The notes beneath the pieces were generated by a model. It saw nothing but the letters and a program-made list of their open reading frames with translations. It was not told the DNA's origin and searched no databases. The position numbers and the translations under genes were made by a program. 54,808 nucleotides of DNA from positions 1 through 54,808 of IMG/VR virus record IMGVR_UViG_3300044723_000730. One strand, given 5' to 3'. The first letter of the stretch is position 1, and each line of letters starts with the position of its first letter. Positions 8,858 to 19,328 of this stretch are shown piece by piece. This DNA comes from a virus. Taxonomy: Duplodnaviria; Caudoviricetes.

Positions 8858-9313
8858 ATGGCTATTACCGTAACCACAGCGATGCCCACCAGCTTCAAAG
8901 TTGAGCTGTTAAAAGGGCTGCATGATTTTAGCAACGGCGCAGACGTTATGAAGATTGCCCTGCTGAAAGCGACTGCTTCAGGCACAGGCACCTATGGCGC
9001 TGCAAGCACTAACTACTCTGACATTACTGGCAACAGTGATGAGACTACAGGCACAGGCTATAGCGCGGGTGGTAATACCCTGACTAACGTAACGCCAACT
9101 GCTGACAGCACAACTGCAATTACTGACTTTGCTGACACTACTTGGTCTAGCGCGTCGTTCACTACTTGTGGCGCGATGATTTATAACACCACTAATTCTA
9201 ACTCTGCCTGTGCGGTGTTGAGCTTTGGTGGAGATCAAACCGTTAGTTCTGGCGATTTCCAGATTCAGTTCCCTGCTGCTGCGGCTGCTACTGCGATTAT
9301 TCGCATCGCCTAA
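8858..9313 (+). CDS. virion structural protein
   Basis: GGAG RBS; SFKVELLKG.HDF...GYSAGGNTL...DFAD motifs. Confidence 0.65.
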   Translation: MAITVTTAMPTSFKVELLKGLHDFSNGADVMKIALLKATASGTGTYGAASTNYSDITGNSDETTGTGYSAGGNTLTNVTPTADSTTAITDFADTTWSSASFTTCGAMIYNTTNSNSACAVLSFGGDQTVSSGDFQIQFPAAAAATAIIRIA

Positions 9314-9325
9314 TAGGACTGCCTC

Positions 9326-10252
9326 ATGGCTTACTCAGGGCCAACAAGCGGCTTTGGTGAACGAGGCTGGGGCGAAAACAGTTGGGGTGGTATAGGTACC
9401 ATCCTAGACCTCGGGGCGACTTGGGGTAATAACGGCTGGGGCGAAGGTGCTTGGGGAGACAACGGTAATGTCTCTGTACAAGGCACTGGAGCAGTAGGAA
9501 CAGTCTCTATCGCTGTATCGGAAAACATCATTCCGGTCGGTGTAGAAGGCACAGGTGCAATAGGCACCGTAGCAATAAACGTCGGAGACTCCGTAGTTGT
9601 AGACGGAGTAGAAGGCACCGGCGCTGTAGGCACCGTAGTAACGAACTACAGCAGCGTCCAGATACCCACAGGGGTGCAGGGCGTAGGCCAGATGGGTGGG
9701 TTTACAGTCATCGTTGATGACATTGTGGTGCCCATAGGTGTTGAAGGAACCGGTGCGGTAGGTACAGTTGGTGTATTCATTGCCGACATTGTTGTACCAG
9801 ACGGTGTAAGTGCTACAGGTTCTGTAGGAGACGTAACAACTCAGGTGACCTTTGCGGTCTCTGGGGTAAGCGGAACCGGAGAGCTTGGCGACGAAGGCGA
9901 TACTGTAGTTCCTGTATTCAACGGGGTTGCAGCAACCGGAGCCATAGGCACAGCAGTACCAGCCTACAACTGGACTGTTTATCCAACAGGAGTAAGCGGA
10001 ACAGGTGCGATAGGTGAAGACGGCGCTACCGTAGTTCCAGTAATATCTGGGGTAGCAGCAACCGGTGCAATAGGCACTGTAGCGATTTCGGTAGACGATT
10101 CAATTATCCCCACGGGGGTAAGCGGGACAGGTGCAGTAGGTGACGTAAGTTTCTTTATATGGACTACAATAGACGATAGCCAAACACCTAACTGGACAGA
10201 CGTAACAGATACACAGACGCCCGGATGGGTGGATATAGATAAAGCCGCCTAG
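9326..10252 (+). CDS. Gly-rich repetitive virion protein (fibre/collar-like)
   Basis: WG repeats at N-terminus; many GVxGTGAVG repeats at ~21-aa period. Confidence 0.65.
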   Translation: MAYSGPTSGFGERGWGENSWGGIGTILDLGATWGNNGWGEGAWGDNGNVSVQGTGAVGTVSIAVSENIIPVGVEGTGAIGTVAINVGDSVVVDGVEGTGAVGTVVTNYSSVQIPTGVQGVGQMGGFTVIVDDIVVPIGVEGTGAVGTVGVFIADIVVPDGVSATGSVGDVTTQVTFAVSGVSGTGELGDEGDTVVPVFNGVAATGAIGTAVPAYNWTVYPTGVSGTGAIGEDGATVVPVISGVAATGAIGTVAISVDDSIIPTGVSGTGAVGDVSFFIWTTIDDSQTPNWTDVTDTQTPGWVDIDKAA

Positions 10253-10262
10253 GAGCTGACAA

Positions 10263-11210
10263 ATGGCTACTTATGTAAACAATCTAAGACTCAAAGAAAT
10301 TACCACGGGTGACGAAGACGGCACTTGGGGTACGAGTACAAATACCAACCTTGAGCTAATCACAGACGGGCTTAGTTACGGTACAAAGCAATTAGCAGCA
10401 GATGCTAACGAAACTTTCACGATGCCTGATGGCACTGCTGATGACAGCCGTTCTTTCTATCTGAAGATTACTTCTGCTGTTTCATTGACAGCCACTAGAG
10501 AGGTGACGCTGGGGCCAAACACTGTATCCAAAGTGTGGATGATCGAGAACGCTACTACCGGTAGCCAGATTATCACCATCAAACAGGGTTCAGGCGCTAC
10601 CGTAGACGTAGCCAACGGCTCAAAAGTCATGGTGGTTACAGACGGTGCAGGTGCGGGGGCTGCGGTTCTTAACGCCAACCCAACGGAAGTTGGAGGCACA
10701 GTCACCAGCGTAAGCGGTACAGGCACAGTCAACGGTCTGACTCTTACAGGCACAGTCACTAGTTCAGGCAGCTTAACTCTCGGCGGTACACTGGCTAACG
10801 TAGACCTGACTTCTCAGGTGACCGGCACACTACCCACAGGCAACGGCGGTACAGGCTCTACCTCCACTACTTACTGTAGTTTGACTGCAAACGTCTCGGG
10901 CGTTCTTCCTTTCGCTAACGGCGGCTCGGGTGCGATTGTTCCTCTGCATAAAGGCACAAGCTACGCAGCGTCAAACAGAGACTATGTGGTAGCTACTGCT
11001 GGCGGGATCACTATTACTCTGCCTGCTTCTCCCAGTGCGGGCGACACGGTGGTTGTCAAAGATGGTACAGGAGCTGCGGCTACTACCAGTTTTACAGTCG
11101 CCAGAAACGGCGAGAACATTGCCTCAAGCGCAACTGACCTGACCTTTGACAAGAACTTTGCAGAGATCGTAATGACCTACGTCGATGCCACTATAGGATG
11201 GACTGTATAA
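10263..11210 (+). CDS. tail fibre-like protein
   Basis: GTWGTSTNTNLELI N-terminus; GTVTSV and GTLPTGNGGTG repeats; C-terminal ITLPASPSAGDTV...TVARNG...GW domain. Confidence 0.7.
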   Translation: MATYVNNLRLKEITTGDEDGTWGTSTNTNLELITDGLSYGTKQLAADANETFTMPDGTADDSRSFYLKITSAVSLTATREVTLGPNTVSKVWMIENATTGSQIITIKQGSGATVDVANGSKVMVVTDGAGAGAAVLNANPTEVGGTVTSVSGTGTVNGLTLTGTVTSSGSLTLGGTLANVDLTSQVTGTLPTGNGGTGSTSTTYCSLTANVSGVLPFANGGSGAIVPLHKGTSYAASNRDYVVATAGGITITLPASPSAGDTVVVKDGTGAAATTSFTVARNGENIASSATDLTFDKNFAEIVMTYVDATIGWTV

Positions 11211-12689
11211 ATGAGTAATCTATCGGAGTTATTACCCTCCGGTGGAGGGCAGAACGTAGTTGAGTTCACGGCCAGCGGCACGGTGGCTTCTGGTAAGCCC
11301 GTTATTCTGAATGCTAATGGGACGGTTACTGAGGTTGCTGGAACAACTGTAAGTCAGGGCGCTGGTAGTAATGCTACGTTTGAATCAGCCAGTATTACCT
11401 ATAGTGAAGTAGCTTATGACACGGCTAATAATAAATTTGTCTATATTTATTCTGACGCTGGTAATTCTTCATATGGCACAGCCGTTGTAGGTACGGTATC
11501 CGGTACGTCTATATCTTTTGGTAGTCCAGTTGTTTTTGAATCTGCTTTTGTTCGTTATACAGGTGTTGTTTATGACAGCAATTCAGGAAAAATTGTTATT
11601 GTTTATCAGGATCAAGCCAATACAGAAAAAGGAACAGCTATTGTAGGTACGGTGTCTGGAACATCTATTTCCTTCGGGTCTGCGGCTCTATTTAACAACG
11701 GAATCACTACGTGGATAAGCGCAGCATTTGATTCTACTAATAATAAGGTAGTTGTCGTTTACCAAGATGAATCTAATAGCAATCAAGGAACTGGAGTCGT
11801 TGGAACAGTATCTGGGACATCTATATCTTTTGGTTCAGAGGCAATATTTAACACAGGTACTTCAGGCTCTAACTATACTTCTACTACTTACGATAGCGGA
11901 AATGGAAAAATTGTTGTTGCTTTTCAAGACAAAAGTAATAGCAGTTATGGCACTGCGGCTGTAGGAACGGTGAGCGGTACAAGTATTTCTTGGGGAAGTA
12001 AGGTTGTATATCACAATGCGGGTTCTTGCGATGAAACAAGCATTGCGTATGACTCTGATTCTGGGAAAGTAATTGTAGCGTGTCGTTATGAAACTAATTT
12101 AGATCACGGCATTACTTATGTAGGAACTGTTTCTGGCACATCAATAAGTTTTGGGTCTCTAACTACTTTTAATTCGGGTACAACAAATGAAATGAAATTG
12201 GTGTATGACCCTAATGCACAGCTAATCACCGCTTTTTATAGAGACGGTTCTTCGTCATCATATCTAAAAGCAAATACAGGAACAGTGTCGGGCACATCAA
12301 TTACTTGGGGTACAGAATTTGCATTAAAAAACTATATTGCTACATACATAGGAGCAGAATACGACCCTGACAGTAAACAAATAGGTGTTGGGTATAGAAA
12401 TAATAGTATTGCAAATTATGGTTATGCTGTTATGTACCAAAATCCCTACACAAGCACAAACCTCACCGCCGCCTCCTTCATCGGCCTAGCCTCTGCTGCT
12501 ATATCCGACACCGCATCTGGTGACATCAACGTCAAGGGTGGCATTAACGAAGCCCAGACAGGGCTGACTATTGGCTCTGACTACTACGTTCAGACAGACG
12601 GCACTCTTGCAACTACGGCGGATGACCCTTCAGTCAAAGTCGGCCAAGCAATCTCCGCAACCACAATTAACATGATGGATTTGACATGA
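11211..12689 (+). CDS. repeat-rich spike/receptor-binding protein, paralog 1
   Basis: Repeats GTAxVGTVSGTSISFGS and YDxxxxKxV at ~50-aa period (propeller-like). Confidence 0.7.
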   Translation: MSNLSELLPSGGGQNVVEFTASGTVASGKPVILNANGTVTEVAGTTVSQGAGSNATFESASITYSEVAYDTANNKFVYIYSDAGNSSYGTAVVGTVSGTSISFGSPVVFESAFVRYTGVVYDSNSGKIVIVYQDQANTEKGTAIVGTVSGTSISFGSAALFNNGITTWISAAFDSTNNKVVVVYQDESNSNQGTGVVGTVSGTSISFGSEAIFNTGTSGSNYTSTTYDSGNGKIVVAFQDKSNSSYGTAAVGTVSGTSISWGSKVVYHNAGSCDETSIAYDSDSGKVIVACRYETNLDHGITYVGTVSGTSISFGSLTTFNSGTTNEMKLVYDPNAQLITAFYRDGSSSSYLKANTGTVSGTSITWGTEFALKNYIATYIGAEYDPDSKQIGVGYRNNSIANYGYAVMYQNPYTSTNLTAASFIGLASAAISDTASGDINVKGGINEAQTGLTIGSDYYVQTDGTLATTADDPSVKVGQAISATTINMMDLT

Positions 12690-14113
12690 CGAATCTAACA
12701 GATTTATTACCTGCGGGTGCGGGTGGCAAGCAGGTTAGCTTCACGGCTAGTGGCACGCTTGCTAGTGGACAGGCGGTTGGCTTGAAGACTGACGGGACGG
12801 TCAGTGCCATTGTAGGTATTACAGGCGCGGAGGTGCAGTTTGAAGCGGGTGAAAGTGAGCGTATTAATTCAGCATTTGATCCAAACACAGGCAAAATCGT
12901 CGTTGCTTATACTGACAGAGGTGACAGCAACTTAGGCAAAGCCGTCGTAGGAACAGTAAGTGGGAACACTATAAGTTTTGGTAGTGCAACTACCTTCAGC
13001 GGTTCCTCAGATGGCCGGAGGGCGCGATGTGTCTATGACCCAAATGCCAATAAAATGGTTATTTTGTACTGGGATAACTTCAATAACAAAGGATACGCTA
13101 TCGTAGGAACCGTGAGCGGGACATCAATAAGTTTTGGCACAGCACATGCATTTAACAACGCTGACGTTAGCAACATATCAGGAGCGTTCGACCCAGACAC
13201 CAATAAAGTTATTGCCGTTTTTACGGATTCGGGTAATAGCTCTTACGGAACGGCTGTACCTTTAACCGTAAGTGGAACAAGTATAAGCGGAACGACAAAA
13301 ACTGTTTTCAACAGCGCAAGTACGACTTATGTCGGAGCCGTTTATGATACCTTAGCTGACCGACTGCTTATTGCTTATGGTAATAATGGTGATTCTGGAC
13401 ACGGCTACGCCATAGCGGGTGCTTTGTCCGGTAGTTCTTATACCTTTGGTTCTGCTGTGGAGTTTGAAAACGCGCAAATTGAAGAGACAAACGCTGTGTT
13501 TGACGCGACTAACAATAAAACTCTTGTGGGGTATAAAGATCAAGGAAACTCAGGTGCTGTTACTGGTTGTGTTATTTCTTTAAGTGGCTCGACTGTAAGT
13601 GTCGGAACGCCTGTTGTAATAAGCACTAATATCGCAATTGATAAAATAAGTTTGGCTTATAATCCAGACACTGGAAAAATACTTGTGGTTTGGCGTGGCA
13701 CTAATGGGTATGCCAACGAGGTTCAGATTAGCGGCACAAGTTTAACTGTCGGAAGCGATGCTCAGTGGATGTCCGGTTCAACTACATCTAGGTATCCATC
13801 CGTCTCTTATGATACTTCTGCGGATAAGTATGCAATATTTTTCTCTGACTTTGATGACAATACAGGAAACGGGTTTGTATATTTTGGAGGGCCAGAAAAC
13901 ACCGACTTCATAGGCATCTCAGACGCTGCCATCTCGGATACTGCTACAGGCTCGGTGACAATCAAAGGCGGTATATCTACCAACGTCACAGGACTAACGC
14001 CTAACCTGACCTACTACGTCCAATCAGACGGCAGCTTGTCCACGACATCCTCTAGCGTCACAGCCGGTAAAGCCCTGTCAGCTACCAGCATCAACTTGGA
14101 TTACAGTTCATGA
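12686..14113 (+). CDS. repeat-rich spike/receptor-binding protein, paralog 2
   Basis: Same N-terminal, C-terminal and repeat motifs as paralog 1; ATGA overlap. Confidence 0.7.
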   Translation: MTNLTDLLPAGAGGKQVSFTASGTLASGQAVGLKTDGTVSAIVGITGAEVQFEAGESERINSAFDPNTGKIVVAYTDRGDSNLGKAVVGTVSGNTISFGSATTFSGSSDGRRARCVYDPNANKMVILYWDNFNNKGYAIVGTVSGTSISFGTAHAFNNADVSNISGAFDPDTNKVIAVFTDSGNSSYGTAVPLTVSGTSISGTTKTVFNSASTTYVGAVYDTLADRLLIAYGNNGDSGHGYAIAGALSGSSYTFGSAVEFENAQIEETNAVFDATNNKTLVGYKDQGNSGAVTGCVISLSGSTVSVGTPVVISTNIAIDKISLAYNPDTGKILVVWRGTNGYANEVQISGTSLTVGSDAQWMSGSTTSRYPSVSYDTSADKYAIFFSDFDDNTGNGFVYFGGPENTDFIGISDAAISDTATGSVTIKGGISTNVTGLTPNLTYYVQSDGSLSTTSSSVTAGKALSATSINLDYSS

Positions 14114-16701
14114 GTAATTTATCTGATCTATTACCAGCGGGTGCTGGAGCAAAGAGTGCTACGTTCACGGCTAGTGGGACATTGGCTACGGGTACGACTG
14201 TAGCATTGCAGAGTGACGGGACGGTTAAGGCTATAAGCGCAACGGGAACTTCTTATACCGAAACGCTTGGCTCTGATACCTCTATAGCTAATGTTGATTC
14301 TTCGCAGTTTTCGGCGGCTTATCATGTAGCTGGGGATAAGATAATCGTCGGTTATAGAAACGTAACAGATGTAAATGGATATTATGTAGTAGGTACAATA
14401 TCTGGAAGTACAATTACATTTACTTCACCAATTAGTTTTTCAGCCACGAACACGACAGATGTTAATGTCACATACCACGAAGCGGGACAAGTAGTCGTTT
14501 TCAGTTATAAGAACGGTTTTAACGATGGCGTGGCAAGGGCTGCTAGCTTGTCAGGTACAACCCTGACTTTTGGTTCCGAGGTAGCATTCACCACAAACAA
14601 CACAGATTATACTTCTGCTACTTATGACTCTGACCAAGAAAAAATAGTTGTATGTTATTCAGACTCTACCAATAGTGATTATTTAACTGGAGTCGCTCTC
14701 TCTGTATCAGGGACAGCAATTACAGCGGGTACCCCAGTTGTACTAGAAAGTCAGTTTGCAACATACATAAGCGTAGAATATCACAGAGCCAATACAGTTC
14801 ATGTTGTTGCATATAAGAATCAAACTTCTGTGGATATGCGTGGCAGAGGCTTTACTGTCAGCGGCACTACTATTACTAACGGAAATCAGACTCAGATAGT
14901 AAGTGGCGATGGAAGGCCCGGATCGCCAAGAGGTCTGACCTACTATGCAGAAATAGAAAAACTATTGCTTGTATACCAAGACCAAACAAATGACTACGGT
15001 CGCATTATACCTTTGAACGCTACAACATCTGGCGGCGGCACGGTCACCAAAGGTACAGAAGAGTATTTTACTAGCGCAGCAATAACAGATGCTGAAAATT
15101 CTCTCGCTATAGAGCCTTTTACCGTCGCTTCTAAACTTGTCATAACTTACAAAAACTCTGGTGATTCATTCTTAGTTTCGGTGTCAGTAGATGCTAGTGA
15201 AAATATAACAGTAGATACTCCGATAACTTTGCAAAGTGGATCAGGCGGCTCTGAACAACAGACATTGGGTTACGATTCTGTAGCAGCGCAAATGGTTGTT
15301 GCTTACGCCGATAAAACGAATTCAGACTACGCGACAGCTAATCTTTATAACCCTGCGTATTTTGCAACAAACTCCGCCGACTTCGTAGGTATCACAGACG
15401 AAGCCATAGCCAACGCCGCAACAGGCTCCGTGGTCGTTGAAGGTGGGGTGATTACTAATAGTACATTGGTTCCTGATGTGCCTTCTGTTTCTGCCGGTTC
15501 GGTGGGTTTAACAAGTGATACTGGTCAGCATATGGGCGCAGCTTACGATGCGAGTGCGGATCGCGTTGTTGCGGCTTATCGAGACAACAACAATTCATTT
15601 TACGGAACTGCTGCGGTTGGTACTGTAAGTGGTACTTCCATATCTTTTGGCACCCCGGTTGTTTTTCAATCCGCTAATGTTAACCAATGCAAAGTAGCTT
15701 ACGATTCAACGAACCAATTAACTTTTATTGCGTACAACAATAATAGTAGTAGCAGAGGCACAGCGCGATACGGCTCAGTTTCTGGTACAACAATAGATTT
15801 TTCAAGCTATAACCCTGTTCAATTTGATACGGACGCGGTTGTTGATTTAGCCGTTGTACATGATCCAAATGCCGGAAAAATGGTAATCGCTTACGCTGAT
15901 GGTGGGAACAGCTATAAGGGAACTGCGATTGTAGGCTCGCTGTCCGGCACCACTTTAAGCTTTGGCACTGCCGTGGTTTATAACAGTGGTGGCGCCTCTA
16001 ATAAAAACAGTATGGCTTATGACGCTAACGCACAGAAAGTTGTTATAAGTTATGGTGACGGAGGCAATTCAAATTATCCAACGTCTATCGTAGGCACGGT
16101 GAGCGGAACATCAATATCGTTTGGTTCGGAAACAGTAATTGCCAATGTGAGTGGCTCCTATACAGCAACTACTTACGATTCTGGAAATCAAAAAATTGTT
16201 GTTTCTTATCAAGACGGTTCAGACAGTAACGCCGGAAAAGCTGCTGTTGGAACAGTTTCTGGAACTAGTATTACCTTTGGTACGCCCGTTGCTTTTGCTG
16301 AAAGTTTAGCTGTAGGTGGGTGGCTGAGTTCAGCCTATGACAGCACCAACGGAGTCGTAGTTTTTAATTTCAAGAATTTCTCTGGAAATGCGGGAACGTG
16401 CTTACCGGCTGTTGTTGACGGCACGTCATTTTCGTATGGTTCTTCAGTGGTTTTTGAGTCGGGGTCCACGGAGTATACGAACACGGTATACGATACCACC
16501 GCACAAAAGTTTGTTGTGGTTTATAACGATGGCGGTGGGGGCGATCTAGGTTCAGCCGTAGTATTAAGTCCGAGCGTCACAACAGGTTTAACCACAGGCT
16601 CAACCTACTACGTCCAATCAGACGGCTCTCTTTCTACAACGTCTTCTAGTGTGACGGCTGGTAAGGCGCTTAGTTCAACAACTCTTCTACTGAAAGGATA
16701 G
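14110..16701 (+). CDS. repeat-rich spike/receptor-binding protein, paralog 3 (two repeat domains)
   Basis: Same termini; two repeat blocks; ATGA overlap. Confidence 0.7.
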   Translation: MSNLSDLLPAGAGAKSATFTASGTLATGTTVALQSDGTVKAISATGTSYTETLGSDTSIANVDSSQFSAAYHVAGDKIIVGYRNVTDVNGYYVVGTISGSTITFTSPISFSATNTTDVNVTYHEAGQVVVFSYKNGFNDGVARAASLSGTTLTFGSEVAFTTNNTDYTSATYDSDQEKIVVCYSDSTNSDYLTGVALSVSGTAITAGTPVVLESQFATYISVEYHRANTVHVVAYKNQTSVDMRGRGFTVSGTTITNGNQTQIVSGDGRPGSPRGLTYYAEIEKLLLVYQDQTNDYGRIIPLNATTSGGGTVTKGTEEYFTSAAITDAENSLAIEPFTVASKLVITYKNSGDSFLVSVSVDASENITVDTPITLQSGSGGSEQQTLGYDSVAAQMVVAYADKTNSDYATANLYNPAYFATNSADFVGITDEAIANAATGSVVVEGGVITNSTLVPDVPSVSAGSVGLTSDTGQHMGAAYDASADRVVAAYRDNNNSFYGTAAVGTVSGTSISFGTPVVFQSANVNQCKVAYDSTNQLTFIAYNNNSSSRGTARYGSVSGTTIDFSSYNPVQFDTDAVVDLAVVHDPNAGKMVIAYADGGNSYKGTAIVGSLSGTTLSFGTAVVYNSGGASNKNSMAYDANAQKVVISYGDGGNSNYPTSIVGTVSGTSISFGSETVIANVSGSYTATTYDSGNQKIVVSYQDGSDSNAGKAAVGTVSGTSITFGTPVAFAESLAVGGWLSSAYDSTNGVVVFNFKNFSGNAGTCLPAVVDGTSFSYGSSVVFESGSTEYTNTVYDTTAQKFVVVYNDGGGGDLGSAVVLSPSVTTGLTTGSTYYVQSDGSLSTTSSSVTAGKALSSTTLLLKG

Positions 16702-16704
16702 ACA

Positions 16705-16977
16705 ATGAAGACTATTATCGAAAACGGTACTAACTGCTCAAAGTATCTTTTTGCGGATGACAAGCAGGTAAATATTACTGGTACTCACATTGAGGTGGGC
16801 GATCCTGCAAACCTAGATTTTATCATCGGCGACCTAAACTCAAGCAACTCTACACTAATCGAAGGCGTAACTGAGCCAGATGATTGGTACGGCTGCAAGT
16901 ATAGCTGTGCCGCTGATGGCACTTGGTCTTTAGTCGAAGGTTGGGTTGACCCGCGCATAGAAGAAGATGCTGCTTAG
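16705..16977 (+). CDS. small acidic fibre-associated protein
   Basis: Follows the spike genes; PDDWYGCKY...W...GWVDPR. Confidence 0.6.
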   Translation: MKTIIENGTNCSKYLFADDKQVNITGTHIEVGDPANLDFIIGDLNSSNSTLIEGVTEPDDWYGCKYSCAADGTWSLVEGWVDPRIEEDAA

Positions 16978-16993
16978 GGCAAGAGTATGACAA

Positions 16994-17209
16994 GTGGTTC
17001 ACGTTTTTGTTTTGATAATGACTATAGGTGGCGTCGAGGTAGCTAACGATGACTGTCGTGAGGCTATGTGCTTCCGTAGTATCGACACCTGTAACGAGTT
17101 TGCCGCAAAACTAAGACGAAGAGGTTCACCCAGTACCTCTATAGGGATCACAGCGTACTGCAAGCCAATACTGGTAGACCCGACTCAAGACGGGGTGAAA
17201 GTCTACTAA
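16994..17209 (+). CDS. small Cys-rich protein with hydrophobic N-terminus
   Basis: Four Cys; coupled to next gene (TAATG). Confidence 0.55.
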   Translation: MVHVFVLIMTIGGVEVANDDCREAMCFRSIDTCNEFAAKLRRRGSPSTSIGITAYCKPILVDPTQDGVKVY

Positions 17210-17679
17210 TGGCTATTGCAGAGATAGGAATGCTCATTGCTGGAGCCAGAAAGGCGGTACAGTTCTGCGAAGCGGTGGCCGAGGCAAACGGTGATTTTCA
17301 GCAGTGTGTAGGAAAGATTCAGACCTTCTTTAACTGTGCTGATGCCATTAGAGAGGCGGAAGTAAAAGCTGAGAGTGGAGATTACTTCTCTCGTAACAGC
17401 CCAGAGGCTGAAGCTCTACAAAATCTCAATGCTCGCTACCAAATGGAGCAGATGGAAAATCAGCTCCGCACGTTGATCGTGTGGAATATGTCTGAGCAGC
17501 ACTACAAGGACATGATGCGCGACAGAAAGCGCATACGAGAAAGAAGGATGGCACTTGCAAGAGCTAAGGCCGCTAGGCGTAAGATGATGATCGACGGCAC
17601 GTTTGTGCTGGGATGTGCGGCTTTTGCTATTGGCCTTATTGTGTATACAGCCGTTTTGATTATGGGATATGCGGAATAA
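17209..17679 (+). CDS. membrane protein with C-terminal TM helix
   Basis: Coiled coil, basic stretch, then hydrophobic FVLGCAAFAIGLIVYTAVLI. Confidence 0.6.
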   Translation: MAIAEIGMLIAGARKAVQFCEAVAEANGDFQQCVGKIQTFFNCADAIREAEVKAESGDYFSRNSPEAEALQNLNARYQMEQMENQLRTLIVWNMSEQHYKDMMRDRKRIRERRMALARAKAARRKMMIDGTFVLGCAAFAIGLIVYTAVLIMGYAE

Positions 17680-17900
17680 TGGAATATCAGTTGTTGTTTA
17701 ACATAATTATGGCGGTGGCCGGATTCCTTGGTGGGGTGCTGGTCAATCGTCTGTTTGGCACGTTAGACAGGCTTGACCAAGACCTTAAACTTATACCTGA
17801 GAAATATGTTGCCAAGGATGACTACCGCGAGGACATCCGTGAAATCAAAGAGATGCTTGGTGCAATTTTTAAAAGACTAGAAAACAAGGCTGACAAATGA
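17679..17900 (+). CDS. small membrane protein (holin/antiholin-like)
   Basis: ATG 17679 coupled to upstream stop; N-terminal TM then coiled coil. Confidence 0.55.
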   Translation: MEYQLLFNIIMAVAGFLGGVLVNRLFGTLDRLDQDLKLIPEKYVAKDDYREDIREIKEMLGAIFKRLENKADK

Positions 17901-18670
17901 AACTTGATCCCGTACTGCTTAATATGGCCTGTAGCTGGGCTATGAAGGCTTACAATGACAAGAACAAAGACGCTATTAAAATCGAAAGTAAGTGGACATC
18001 TACTACAGTATATATAGCTAAGCGTAAGTCCATAGACATCATAGCCTTCAGGGGTACACAGCAGGGCAGGGATTGGTTAACAGATGCGCTCGTAGTCCCC
18101 GTGCCATACGCGGGTAGACTGTGCCACGGTGGATTTGCGATGGCCCACAGGTCAGTCTGGAAACAAGTTAAGAAACACATTGACCCCAAGAAACGCACCT
18201 TGATCTGCGGCCATAGCCTCGGCGGTGCGCTGGCAGAACTGTCTGCCTCTATGTTGAACGGTAAGCACGACAATATAAACTTAATTACCTTCGGTAAGCC
18301 GAACGTGTTTTTTAAGGGCTTCAAGAAGCCAATGACTCTTGATAATCAAATCTCCTGCGTGCAAGGCAGCGATATGGTGGCTAGAATCCCACGCTTTTGC
18401 TACGGCCCTTCAAGCTCGCAGACTATGCTGTACTTCAGCAATACCGGCCCTGACTACATAAATCCCAGCAAAGACACCAGAGTTGCTGATAGAGGGGATC
18501 TGAAAGACCGAATAGCTGACCACATGATGGACGGCTACAAGGATAGGCTAAAAGAGTTTCTGGATGAGCAAGAAGCACAAGCCAATAAAGTAGTGCAAAT
18601 GGATAAGGACAAAAAACTAGCCCGTAAAGAACTGGAGGATATGGCGAATGAAATGTTTATTAAAGATTAG
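17897..18670 (+). CDS. lipase class 3 (alpha/beta hydrolase)
   Basis: IAFRGT, HGGF, GHSLGGA nucleophile elbow, TFGKP, DMVARIP, DHMM catalytic motifs. Confidence 0.9.
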   Translation: MKLDPVLLNMACSWAMKAYNDKNKDAIKIESKWTSTTVYIAKRKSIDIIAFRGTQQGRDWLTDALVVPVPYAGRLCHGGFAMAHRSVWKQVKKHIDPKKRTLICGHSLGGALAELSASMLNGKHDNINLITFGKPNVFFKGFKKPMTLDNQISCVQGSDMVARIPRFCYGPSSSQTMLYFSNTGPDYINPSKDTRVADRGDLKDRIADHMMDGYKDRLKEFLDEQEAQANKVVQMDKDKKLARKELEDMANEMFIKD

Positions 18671-18860
18671 CTTTTTAGCTGTTTTCACTTTATCTAGCTG
18701 TACGTCTGTTGAACAAGTTATGGCAAATAAAGAAATATACTGTAACCAATTTTACAAGGGTGTTCGTGCTGTTGGGCGCGGTGCCCTGTCAGCAACTACT
18801 GGCGTTATAGTGCCTGACGTCTGTGACACCATAGATACAATTGTGGAAGCTGCGGAATGA
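18648..18860 (+). CDS. lipoprotein (spanin-like candidate)
   Basis: Signal peptide with lipobox LSSC; located in lysis cassette. Confidence 0.55.
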   Translation: MKCLLKISFLAVFTLSSCTSVEQVMANKEIYCNQFYKGVRAVGRGALSATTGVIVPDVCDTIDTIVEAAE

Positions 18861-19327
18861 AACTTGGTGGCCTGCTTAAATCTCTTGCACCTACTATAGC
18901 TAGTGCAGCGGGTGGCCCTATGGCTGGTATGGCTGTCAAGATGGCAGCTTCTAAGCTAGGCATACCAGACGCTACAGCAAACGAGATTGAAGACCTTATT
19001 GAGCGACAACCAGAAAAAGCTGTACTTCTCAAAGAAGCCGACAAAGACTTTGCTCACCGGCTGAAAGAGATGGAGATAGACCTTGAGTCATTTAAGGCCG
19101 AGGTTGATGACAGGAAAGATGCCAGAGCCAAGTTCTCTGGGGACATTACACCCAAAGTATTCTGCATACTGGCGTTGGTTTTGTACGGCGCCTATGTAAT
19201 GACTGTGACCATACTGCCCCACGACCAAAATGACGAAACAATTATCAGCTTAGTATTGGGCCAGTTATCAGGCATTCTGGGCACCTGTGCCGCTTTTTTC
19301 TATGGCGGATCAAACGGTAAGAAGTAA
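18857..19327 (+). CDS. holin-like protein
   Basis: APTIASAAGGP N-terminus, DRKDAR, two C-terminal TM helices ending FFYGGS. Confidence 0.65.
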   Translation: MKLGGLLKSLAPTIASAAGGPMAGMAVKMAASKLGIPDATANEIEDLIERQPEKAVLLKEADKDFAHRLKEMEIDLESFKAEVDDRKDARAKFSGDITPKVFCILALVLYGAYVMTVTILPHDQNDETIISLVLGQLSGILGTCAAFFYGGSNGKK

Positions 19328-19328
19328 T

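Noticed and set aside
11211-16701. Diversity-generating retroelement or invertase shufflon acting on the spike genes
   Set aside because: No reverse transcriptase or recombinase seen, no adenine-specific TR/VR pair, and all cassettes are complete genes on one strand
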